Source: Clostridia bacterium (GTDB lineage: Bacteria > Bacillota > Clostridia > Christensenellales > CAG-917). From it: a stretch of DNA of 29,390 nt. The notes beneath the pieces are model-generated. The model ran no database searches. It saw only the letters and a program-made list of their open reading frames with translations, and had not been told where the DNA came from. Positions 12,001-17,584 of the stretch are shown here, in pieces (the stretch's first letter is position 1; every line of letters starts with the position of its first letter). Location: contig JAFWBH010000095.1 of assembly GCA_017507205.1 (NCBI GenBank), forward strand, positions 1 to 29,390, in the 5' to 3' direction. A program made the position numbers and the translations under genes.

Positions 12001-15000
12001 TGCAAAGTCTGCGATGAATGCCGACACCAAGTCATTGATGGGCAATTCCTTGTTTTCAAAGTCTTGCGTATCGCAGACCTCAACCTTCAATTCCACTGCT
12101 GCTTCAAATGCAAGGGTTGTAAGGTTGGTTGCGCTGATGTATTTGTTTGCTTCAATATTTTCACTGACAACATCACTTTCAACAGTGTGCTTGTCTGAGA
12201 AGCCCACCATAAAGTTGGTCATTGAAACGCCAACGGTGAAGGGGTCAATTGCCACTGCAAAGTCAAGCTGATATGTGTCCATATTGAACTTGACAAAGCT
12301 CTTGTCGGGGTTGATTGCAAGGAAGTTTTCGTTGAGATTTTGTGCAACGTATGTTCCGTTTGCGCTTTCAACATAGTTGACAGAGCCGTCCTCATTTTCA
12401 ACACGGATATATTTTGTGCCTGTGTATGATTCAAGTGCTTCGCCTTCAAGCTCTACGTAGCACATATCGGGAGCAACAAGCTGCAACACTGTTGCAATGA
12501 GTCCACTTGCAAAGTAGAGTGTGAGGCTTTCTGAGTTGACATTGAGGCCGTAAAGCACATTGCCAATGAGGTCTGTGATTGAGCCAACAACATCTGATGC
12601 ACCCTCGTTGGTGCCTTCGGTTTCGTCTGCTGATGCTTGTGCTTCACCTTCTCCACCGGTCACTCCTGAAAGGAGTGCTGCAAGGCTGAGGTCAGCAATC
12701 ATAAGATGAACGTCCTCAACAGGTGCAACATTGACATCAATGTAGAGTGTGCTTGTTGCTGCCACTGTGGGAGCATTTACATCATCACAGAGGAGTGTAA
12801 TTGCAAAGATTCTTGCTTCGGGGATATCTTTGACCTGCTCGTAAACGCCGTCAAACAGCTCAATTGCGATATCTGAGTGTGCAAGGATATAGTTGATGTC
12901 AAGCATATCTTCGGGGTTGAAGCGAAGCATTGCTGCAATCTTGACACCAAGATATTTTTGAATAGTTGAATCAATGTCAAATGCAAGAAGGATTTGTTCA
13001 AGGAAGCCCTTTACACCTTCATTGCTTGTGCCAAGAAGGAGTGATACCCATTGTCCAACAGGCCATGAATCAACATCGTTGGTTGCTTCAAGGTCAATTG
13101 TAAGGTTCAATTCAACATAAACCTGTTCAAGAGCAATGGCGAGCTTGCCTTCCTCGTCAATGTCAAGAAGGCTGATAAGCGCATAGCTATCCTCTCTGCC
13201 ATCGAAGACAAAGTCTTCGTGTGCGTTGTCTGCTGTCTTGCCATAAGGAATGACATCAATGATTTCGTGAGTGATTTGAAGCTCGGGTCTGTAAATGTCG
13301 AGAGTTGCACTGCCTGTGGGTTGCTTGTTTTGGTCCATGCCGACAATCTTTGTTGTCACAAGAGGTTGCTCGTCCATGCCTTCAACCTGCTCTGCCCAGG
13401 AAATTTCAAGTGCTGCTTCAATGATTGCAATGTTGATGCCTGCAACGTCCCAGAGTGCTTCCACGATGCCTTGGAATATTTCAAGTCTGATGCTTTCATT
13501 GCCAATCATCATTGCAAGACCAAGAGCATAGTCAAATTTGCTGACGTCATAAGGTGTGTCGATGGTGTAATCATCGCCTGCTGACATTGCTTCAGCATTG
13601 TCAGGATTGATTTTTACATTGGAATCTTCACCAAGAATGAGGTCAAGGATGATTGCATAAAGGTCAATTTCAACGGCAATCTTTTCAACACCAAGCTGTG
13701 ATGCGTCAACATAGAGCTTGCCGTCAATGTAATAAAGACCAAGGATGAATTTTTCAACGGAATTCTTGTTCTCAATGGCTTCAATGAGGATTTGAGTTTC
13801 ATTTCCGTTGGTGTAAATCTCTTCTGCACCAAGTAGCCAGTCAAGGACGGGAGCAAGGTCAAGAGATGCTTGGACTCTCAAATCGTAGCCGAGGTTGATT
13901 TCTTCCTCAAAGATGACTGCGCCACCATTGCCCATAGGTGTATTGCCTTGGTTGAGCTGTGCGTCAAGAGCCATTTCAAGTCCGAGGAAAATGTTGGGGG
14001 TTTCAAAAATATTGACAAAGTCAATGTCTGTGGGGACATCAAGATTTACATCCTCGGGGACGCTGTTGATGCCCAGCTTGAGATTGCCCATATTGACATC
14101 AAGGTCAAGCTTGTCGTCAAAGTTGAGGTAAACCTCAACACCAAGCTCTGTCAAATCAATGCCGTCTGCAAATGTAATGCGAATGCCACCATCAACTGCT
14201 GAATCAAGAAGACCAATGTCAAGTCTTGTGCCAGCAAGCTTATAGTAGGTTTCGCTTGCGTCAAATGCGCCTGTTGCTTGCTTCAATACGCCGTTTTCGT
14301 CTCTGACGAACACGTTTTCGGTGAAGGTGCCGGCTTCATAGCTGGCAAGCTCCTCTGCACTGAGTGCAACATAGCCGTCCTCTTTGGCTTCAAAGCCGAT
14401 GAGGTCAATGAGTGTTTGAATAAGTCCACTTGCAAGATAGACGTTGATTGATGCGCCAGAAACATCAACACCACCAATGAGACCTGCAACAAGTGCAATG
14501 ATTTGATTCATTGAATCGTTGCTGACTTCACCCTCTTCGCCTTCGCCATCTGCACTCATAGCTTCGCTATCGCCACCGATGACGCCAAAGTGTGCAAGAA
14601 GCTCCTTGGCAGGAATTGAAATGTCAATTCCGTCAATGATGCTGTCTGCTGTATGGAGATAAAGCATTCCGTCGTTGAGCCAAATTTCAATTGACTTTTC
14701 ATCGCTTCCCTTTTCAGCAAGTGACATATGCACTGATGCTTCAAGGAGGCCAGCAATGTCAAATTGACCGTCCTTGAGGAGCTTTGTAAGGTCGATGTTT
14801 GCTTCGAGTGAAAGCACTGCGCCTGTTTCAATTTGCTCAACGAAGTCAACAATTGCTTGCAAGAATATTGCACGTGATGAAGCAATGTCAATCTTGGTCA
14901 ATTCCTCTTGAATTACAACCAAATCAACATCCACTGACATACCGACGTAAACGTTGTTCAGTGCGCCAAGGATTGTGTCAAGGTTGAGGCCACCTGAAAG

Positions 15001-17085
15001 ATCAAGCTCTGTGTAGAGTGCTCTTTCCTCGTCAGAGATTGTCACCTTTTCAACGAATTCCTCTTCATTGTTTATCCAGCCAAATTGCATTGTTACGTCA
15101 ATGCCGAGGCCAACGATTTCCTCGTCTGCGCCAATTGAAGCGTTGATTGAGATTTTCTTTTCCTCTGCAAAGCCGATGTCAACAAATTCTACATCAACCA
15201 CCTTGACAGGAATCTTTTCGCCGGTGTAGCCACCATTTTCATCCTTGAAGATCATTGTCCAGAGATAGTCAAAGACTTTCTCTGTCAATGTCATATTGAG
15301 GCTTTGAATGTTGAAGATATTGCCATCCTTGACAAGAGTGCAGCTTGAAACGATTTCACTTATAAGTGAAATGATGTCTGTGATAGGCTCGTCATCATCG
15401 CTTGCTGCCACTGAAAGTGTGTGGAGAATTTCACCATTGCCAAGCTTGTCAGAGATTTCATCTGCCATTGCTTGTGCTTCAGGGTTGTCAGGATTTTCTG
15501 CAAGTGCCTTTTCTATTTCAGCAACGAGCATATCAAAGAGGTCTGCAATGACCTTGTTGAGATTGATATCTGAAATGACAAATGAACCTGTGCCCATAAG
15601 ACCTGTGAGATCGATGAACAAGGCTTCTTGTTGTCCTGAATATACGATTGTGCCACGGTTTCCACCGTTGTTGTCCAAAAGCTCAATCAAGATGTTTGTC
15701 TTGCTGTTGTCTTTTGTGTTGATTTGTGCTTGAAGATTAACCTTCAAGCCGTATGTAATATCACCAAGTCCGATTGGCATTGTCCAGAGAGGACTATCTT
15801 CGGGGAGGAAACTGCTGAGAAGTCCTGTGAGGAGTGTGCCAAATGCAGGAGAAACACCTTCAAGTGTCAGCTCCTTGCTGTGAGTGTTGATATTGAGGCC
15901 CATTGAAAGATTGAAGGTGAGCAATGAATATTCCATTGCATCAGAAATGTCAATGCCTCTATCGAGCATTGCTTGTTCAACATCAATGTCAATATCCTCA
16001 TTGAGTGCAAGCTTGTTGACATTGAGAACAAGGTCAACATCTGCAAAATACTTGCCGTAGTCAGGGTCGGGTCTGCCATTCTGTTCACTTTCAAAGTCAA
16101 CGCCAACACCCAGGTTCATGCCACTGAGCTTGCCCTCTTTGTTGATGTCTGCAACAAAGTCAAGGGTCATACCCTTGAGGTGCTCAAGCTTGTTGAGATC
16201 CATGCCGGTAAGGTCAAAGACAAGTGAATAGATTTGTTCAATGTCAATTGCTTCGCCAATAAGGTCAGGGAGCATACCGACAAGTGAAGGCACCAATGAC
16301 ATGATAAGTGACAAGTCAAAGGGGAGCACAATGCGTTGTCCACCGTCTACGAGAGGGACAATTTGTGCGCCTTCGGTTGCCATAACAAAGCCAGATTCAA
16401 CCAAAAGCCATTCCAATGTCAAGCCGTTGAGCTTGATGGGGAGAAGGCCTTCGGGGATCATCTCGCCTGCATCAATTGCAAGAATTGTGTCAAAAATGAT
16501 GTCTGCGATTGATTGGCCACCGGAAACACCTTGATAAATCTCGGCAAGTCCGTTGAGCAATGCTGTCACGTTGATGTCTTGTGTTCTGACAACATATCTG
16601 CCAAGACCAGCGCCATTTTTGCCTTTGAGGCCTGTCACGTCCATGACAACTGTTTCACTTGTGTAATACAAGCCCATAAGCAGTGTCTGCTGTTCAATGC
16701 CCAATGGTCGTTTCAGCAATTCAAACAAGAGCTCTGAATCATCACTGCCGTCACTGAAATCGGTGTCGAATGCGCCGGCAAGCTTGATGGCAAAGTTGTT
16801 GCCTGTCTTGTCCTTGCTGTAATCAAAGTCAAGGTCTACATCGAAATTGACAATATCACTGCCAGGATGAACTGCAAGGGCTGCATTTTTAAATGCGTTC
16901 CATGCATCCACTGTTGAAACAGTTGGTCCTTGAGTGTCGTCCTCGATGGGATTGTCATCTGCAGGTGGCACTGGGATAATGGGCTCCGGTTGAGGGGGAG
17001 TCACAGGAGTGTCGTTGCATGCGAACATGCAGGTCACCATGCTGATGAGCAAAACGATAAGTAGTGCGATTTTGAGTTTCTTCAT
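1..17085 (-). CDS. Giant repetitive surface lipoprotein, at least 5,695 aa, 3' end beyond the left edge of the window; at least 14 tandem ~310-340 aa beta-rich repeats with Tyr-rich insertions
   Basis: ATG at 17085 preceded by AGGAGG (17091-17096) and a TTGACA-17-TAAAAT promoter. Manual translation of the frame (codons ending at multiples of 3) gives no stop from 17085 to 1. Strongly biased codon use (GCA, CTT, GAC, ACA, TCA, GGC). All minus-strand ORFs in the supplied track for this region are in another frame. Confidence 0.95.
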   Translation of the reverse strand, partial: MKKLKIALLIVLLISMVTCMFACNDTPVTPPQPEPIIPVPPADDNPIEDDTQGPTVSTVDAWNAFKNAALAVHPGSDIVNFDVDLDFDYSKDKTGNNFAIKLAGAFDTDFSDGSDDSELLFELLKRPLGIEQQTLLMGLYYTSETVVMDVTGLKGKNGAGLGRYVVRTQDINVTALLNGLAEIYQGVSGGQSIADIIFDTILAIDAGEMIPEGLLPIKLNGLTLEWLLVESGFVMATEGAQIVPLVDGGQRIVLPFDLSLIMSLVPSLVGMLPDLIGEAIDIEQIYSLVFDLTGMDLNKLEHLKGMTLDFVADINKEGKLSGMNLGVGVDFESEQNGRPDPDYGKYFADVDLVLNVNKLALNEDIDIDVEQAMLDRGIDISDAMEYSLLTFNLSMGLNINTHSKELTLEGVSPAFGTLLTGLLSSFLPEDSPLWTMPIGLGDITYGLKVNLQAQINTKDNSKTNILIELLDNNGGNRGTIVYSGQQEALFIDLTGLMGTGSFVISDINLNKVIADLFDMLVAEIEKALAENPDNPEAQAMADEISDKLGNGEILHTLSVAASDDDEPITDIISLISEIVSSCTLVKDGNIFNIQSLNMTLTEKVFDYLWTMIFKDENGGYTGEKIPVKVVDVEFVDIGFAEEKKISINASIGADEEIVGLGIDVTMQFGWINNEEEFVEKVTISDEERALYTELDLSGGLNLDTILGALNNVYVGMSVDVDLVVIQEELTKIDIASSRAIFLQAIVDFVEQIETGAVLSLEANIDLTKLLKDGQFDIAGLLEASVHMSLAEKGSDEKSIEIWLNDGMLYLHTADSIIDGIDISIPAKELLAHFGVIGGDSEAMSADGEGEEGEVSNDSMNQIIALVAGLIGGVDVSGASINVYLASGLIQTLIDLIGFEAKEDGYVALSAEELASYEAGTFTENVFVRDENGVLKQATGAFDASETYYKLAGTRLDIGLLDSAVDGGIRITFADGIDLTELGVEVYLNFDDKLDLDVNMGNLKLGINSVPEDVNLDVPTDIDFVNIFETPNIFLGLEMALDAQLNQGNTPMGNGGAVIFEEEINLGYDLRVQASLDLAPVLDWLLGAEEIYTNGNETQILIEAIENKNSVEKFILGLYYIDGKLYVDASQLGVEKIAVEIDLYAIILDLILGEDSNVKINPDNAEAMSAGDDYTIDTPYDVSKFDYALGLAMMIGNESIRLEIFQGIVEALWDVAGINIAIIEAALEISWAEQVEGMDEQPLVTTKIVGMDQNKQPTGSATLDIYRPELQITHEIIDVIPYGKTADNAHEDFVFDGREDSYALISLLDIDEEGKLAIALEQVYVELNLTIDLEATNDVDSWPVGQWVSLLLGTSNEGVKGFLEQILLAFDIDSTIQKYLGVKIAAMLRFNPEDMLDINYILAHSDIAIELFDGVYEQVKDIPEARIFAITLLCDDVNAPTVAATSTLYIDVNVAPVEDVHLMIADLSLAALLSGVTGGEGEAQASADETEGTNEGASDVVGSITDLIGNVLYGLNVNSESLTLYFASGLIATVLQLVAPDMCYVELEGEALESYTGTKYIRVENEDGSVNYVESANGTYVAQNLNENFLAINPDKSFVKFNMDTYQLDFAVAIDPFTVGVSMTNFMVGFSDKHTVESDVVSENIEANKYISATNLTTLAFEAAVELKVEVCDTQDFENKELPINDLVSAFIADFALAIGVEIEKDMLLDVELLIAGNLSLDNPEETELMIEIKNLVAGSNATADSTVLGIYLRGRSLYVDMGILSEKDFVVENTGISKWLIDTIASIFGSTEEDSEASAASEEVKTASEEALEVVLALASDKLALSITQQTLVGILAFVIDLAMSKDEGESILGDIDISESVKKLPDLGIELNFEVDFDTTSLTFDFASDVFNASIYVRNPRIAAEHLDSVSARLDDGIYHYQNELNYTVVDESEFGDINTENDMIFIKEDGAFVRFTGTLENGTTYYKYVGGDNGVDRFNNFASNQNVAFNMEVEMQFNFDETYILVDEATAKLYGDDERYSLRESDGRYAQDPNGLYIKNPLVYSDIIESIFSLDAVQDLISGLDEGIVRNLVGALIDRLGLEMYLNDPINETMILRVWGNVDLAKLGVSDLLTKLEFENFNFDVETILSALELAVEMTFNSGEGDSEVTFGIYLVDGNLYLDLGDFAGPQVRFDLLSLLNALGALGGDSEAQPAADEEEATAPGIVDYLNKFIKRIIIRSTAMGMGGKPFEEGDEFWYNKFDGIDVLVNSTLIADIASLITGQEVRLDMFNLDESESGIFIKLNDATMDNKHTLTMNLSTVSGTGMTVKMGAGLILEVAEEENPVLSPQDINDFTDISSYIDLLMSIIDPEKYPMDENQSTKTLGLGLNIMINFDSEDVDTLELGGLVENYLADMVIKAKTTGAFHDGVAARISLQGDLGALNIGRILAGGEDTTAMIADFLATSDLDTVEFAFELLETDDKGTPVRDENGDFVAMGGIYLYRGDLYIDGTGIYDLSSSYTKIPNFIELAMSLAMGGDGTVATSAEGNGEAMASSSEADQERDAVLALMYSDTAGQILISKTLLSVIISALAPSLGTITEIFDSLEVSLAGDLGRFDYDRIENLDLDKIVDTRYAVAEAVENAEGDYFKQTVGGVDHYIYITKATIVPQDAVRYDVTFAEGTGADAVYKHKTILLEDVNAEKDIYTLILPLNERYTYYDEITWIDNSYDGRYAKLAVGETDGVTNYEYFDAERYPLYVKNGDSYSVVAPEDVADHYDANETYYIRRGGRFVEVQGFADRYQGYVIDANGEYYRHIKSFAEIKDFTFGLDLTVNQTTIGFGIGGLDIKIGGQSKPLTPDYVINGSEEVPVTYFYESAVTIKSSIEIDLGITEGELDLGTIFANILGNIQGISLEMPETSKGYSSAHFRMDVSVIADFAELANSEIAIEIFNISETGADNLWIGVYYLGGKFFLDAPYFNIPKISVTTPILTNLMEETLGGLLDEDIYTENELPKGDAESEAMTASPLEDEDADALLLISRRQLTIAIGNKLIKGLIDMFVEGLDLDKYITDKILASAQVDMAFDDSLSLDMNVKLMMEGSRYIPVAKPTYEDLDNGIEGSYHFVLYSASNPDHKNRQLYVEKGNTFTALAPDAVRPSTVYVREKATEDDASGTIYFNREDDGAGNMNEYDTAVNLLVAVRGVDVKFTSEHEYHLTAEDLKEYTEVTEIDRLVLTESIDLTTRFVKGSDIDMTAVLEWLFPQMDADDLKAIISATSDTEGDVARKIEVVLSVEVKLGALINYLRQYGFNEDISDNINGEMGIEELINVIMGAVQNLDAINLGEVLSFFNASLIVQTTADRLVVDSNGKRVISDTHTLVGIYMESGAYEELSADERINGTANYVAPEYRYSHYFENENGNYYYDTLTGTFAYDPEHNEVGRTRYAYDATYFYSNPNGDYKRVRGGFFLDLSGLNMPSFYVNSDSIRSTVNDHKGEVEDVLGGLLGGILGGDSEAQAADGITDSLAGIGDTLDNALPLLNDDLAGYVTAFLVGVRMTSTFVQIVVNSNFINEILSLVFANSDTGLEFNENDFTKEPYLQLNTDRAVYEYESALTAEGSNSDMRFYLEEGALDGTYVFVNGVYMSKADLTDAELEAYTGEYYSIKAYDSYIKVLTATGHYYQELSKATAIEKERAEKSGEFFKYYTKADTTNYEGAYYHAGGGRYMTASFDSSLDNEFYTFTAVDEADMLVANPVAYARKPLVSVMVYLWDYEIGVNIGFPEISVEEFNYELADENTPSGDRYYIVPEVAYTYVGSVDTKDEWIVGLDSPVGTTADGIAIVGNYYDNLRYYYYQGEYYEINSTSLYVVDANGKHVPVTSVYTTVDFAGGQMVDFVSSDREFYIHIELTDKGLTRFEEITASKLYKQVKYRDSYVRADGTEPAGTQYYQRATVENVISRATGKMELVLEDGARNYVWNWKTNAFVLESTLSDVDVKALYEDGKLVRFTEEETELYAYDDWTRSYMPVSTYLATYFTAGDFEDANKIDSTAERFNRIALYREDADSINYVDSDDMFFISLTIRGSISVTGYNDYMTVADYIDLVNMTGNHITEADIDPSLRYRLEQGNYVQDNEGKYVLYSTGVEESLGAVLGGIVGDLDESMIRVLEGFTGELVFEVKINISYRIDWKPEIVLNIFDLDLAMDVWRRENDGANHADGTLTHMIGIYYNHDIDTGDAALYLDLSWMLGEGARFAVNMSAYSIEALIAGILSGEIALGGGSEASAAADAEGLVDVTANPALAGVYINIYTRKLSLAITKGFVEVLMQLLGVDLGEMLPNFDAKVNVNLNPYSTGVEINLYNEDGTKGILTLGLEMQLFNGNENSSAIDFGTMEDFNTRIEIYKGSIETDGDVADNHVFYYGNFVQNREAEYEDAYVRIGDAIGELKADGKVIPEDAVEVGNGVHHTYRKYYVKATEIYTEAEFEDAVAEGILVYTRADAQLAKVNNDSVFNVVISKEHYIDMMNCWNITDKDYVVSNITISGTMEFVEPARRYNIVGGEAVVAENPAEFTHIEISPKATSIYSRYISVYKDYPVITKYYVPAWDKNQSGALYVYNGTEEAPKYADLSDSNFQEVAYDANGIATGLDNTKTYYKIVDDFTDYNTIMSVDLSALLSGGDVDIMKLLGDLDTVELDMSMSVELKLSDVINWTEQMTSFLSTELYDYFDFVLASTDWDNGNFGANIGLVIDMKAMVNVQNLLDYVMNGGEIIDAIKGLELYLNVTCTTNYFNENATIEIWMNVDNDGKLNLYMNLEELNKVVGLGDFFNKVKFEGLDLAPIIKNVGGEALASADTLALDTLGVEGTDSNTGIIPADLFGIVEMILGQVLFGHDIIAVGLKDNLLVDLVGMIAEDFDGADYLPKLEITDDANTSGLIINLGGGAPSIGINMGFVVGYEAFEEVGKYAYNGVKFSLQGEEYVVDENGTHIMVSSDKYALVEYANSVWTGDRYTLNADGKTFEKVFSEFEQAEAGFTGQRYALRNGQYIADADGDLKKNANTFALNADGEGGFVQLTAEDLAVEKLTKYASNGADGNRYLPVDTYEKLSGNKVLADRATYDVTTAGDYLLIGDLSLNFNMYDLGVYVNGDSLNISSSDDGDYLDVDGKKFVDYADITKSTLNLTMAMDLSYYGSAKIGEEDNVIDLSELLSLVFGLVSPSTDMSDSSLRLNITDNMGSEEYPSAQVRLGAYIDMSNFGATELALEVLQYNKNGEIAEQPIVAIYLANDNVYIDASAILGETGKIYLGQLGLGEMIDGIISGIAGNGEEGDSEAMAASSTIASRLTLHDWAFLQAMIHPQYFSLTLSTATINAIINKIYEEQGKELGNLIPNLGEIMIDSYGYAPVDGVDERPYIASFNIKMSEGFYASAEITKDLAFSLHKKAGFSTSALYVTYNSANALHKELGDRYQELTAEELVSYEGTRYTKSGNSYVEDASGLYKFVGERYNKIDAHYALATADFEGQRYNLVDGDYVTSDDGAYMYVEEHYERSATGAYIIPYTEAYNITTGQIGIESISLTLDIAMSIASSGLVKGDAGYNETFTGWLENLIVGFIKEIDLLKNTEFVITLPERPITINMSVEADINLPALLTKGIAGILYSDFAIDITIDDILPGKSFLAIYYLGSTGLTKSGNIYELTATAGANKIFADSLYIDATGLGLGKINFHGL
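43..16674 (-). repeat. 14 diverged protein-level tandem repeats, marked by a G[ILV]Y..LY[ILV]D hairpin core
   Basis: Cores begin near 16674 (GLYYTSETVVMD), 15651, 14691, 13740 (GLYYIDGKLYVD), 12810, 11841 (GIYLRGRSLYVD), 10626 (GIYLVDGNLYLD), 9645 (GIYLYRGDLYID), 8253 (GVYYLGGKFFLD), 7008, 4485 (GIYYN...LYLD), 2784, 1338 (AIYLANDNVYID) and 150. Spacing is ~930-1020 nt where inserts are small or absent and up to ~2,520 nt where they are large. Confidence 0.85.
17017..17085 (-). other. Lipoprotein signal peptide (SPase II) of the giant ORF: MKKLKIALLIVLLISMVTCMFA/C, lipidated Cys23
   Basis: Basic n-region (KKLK), hydrophobic h-region and lipobox-like MFAC, followed by the Pro/acidic tether NDTPVTPPQPEPIIPVPPADDNPIEDDTQGPT. 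Confidence 0.85.
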
Positions 17086-17147
17086 AATTTCCTCCTGCTT
17101 CACATACGCAAGCGTGCGTATGCTTGCACAGACTAATATACAGTATG

Positions 17148-17176
17148 ATTTTACAACTTTATGCCCCCATTGTCAA
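17148..17176 (-). promoter_or_regulatory. sigmaA promoter of the giant lipoprotein gene
   Basis: -35 TTGACA (17171-17176), 17-nt spacer, -10 TAAAAT (17148-17153); predicted TSS about 17141. Confidence 0.8.
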
Positions 17177-17531
17177 GACCGAATTATGTTTTTTTAAGCA
17201 AAACTGAAAAACTTTTACTATGTAAAGGTGCAAAATCTCATTGCTCTTTCATCATTAAAACCGTATATATGGTGGTTGAAAAAGGATGCGACCACAACTT
17301 GTTGCTATTTGAAAAAATCGACCTCATTCAAAACAAAACTCAAAAATTGTAAATTTTTCAAAAATCTGGAAAATATAAAGGTTAGGCATTCTTGGTCAAA
17401 TACTTGAAAAATGACAACGTCACAGCATTATCCTTGAAAATCATCGTATATGCCCTGCAAAAAACGCACCAACAGCATGCAGAGCACAAAAACACAACAA
17501 AACACACTGAAAAAAAGCACTCAAAAAACAC

Positions 17532-17556
17532 AAAAAAAGACGGCATTTCTGCCGTC
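17532..17556 (-). terminator. Intrinsic terminator after the 17585-18442 gene
   Basis: GACGGCA-N4-TGCCGTC stem (17539-17556) followed by T7 on the minus strand. Confidence 0.75.
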
Positions 17557-17584
17557 AAAATTTTCGTTGAATTTTTCGTGAAAA

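Noticed and set aside
93-16737. Dozens of 60-206 aa ORFs in the supplied track (Cys/Val-rich on +, Ser/Gln/Thr/Leu-rich on -)
   Set aside because: They are shadows of the giant gene. The + ORFs are antisense or off-frame readings created by its codon bias (GCA read as TGC gives Cys), and the - ORFs are in a shifted frame. None has an RBS or a recognisable motif.
1-17085. Possible RTX, choline/glucan-binding (CW) repeats, or an intein/Hint domain in the giant protein
   Set aside because: No GGxGxD nonapeptide arrays (GGDSEA occurs once per repeat); the Tyr modules lack the WYY/GW signature of cell-wall-binding repeats; no C-F/HN splicing motifs seen.
1-17085. Phase variation, shufflon or diversity-generating retroelement acting on the repeats
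   Set aside because: Repeats are highly diverged at DNA level, with no long near-identical template/variable pair and no reverse transcriptase or invertase in the window. This cannot be excluded beyond the left edge.
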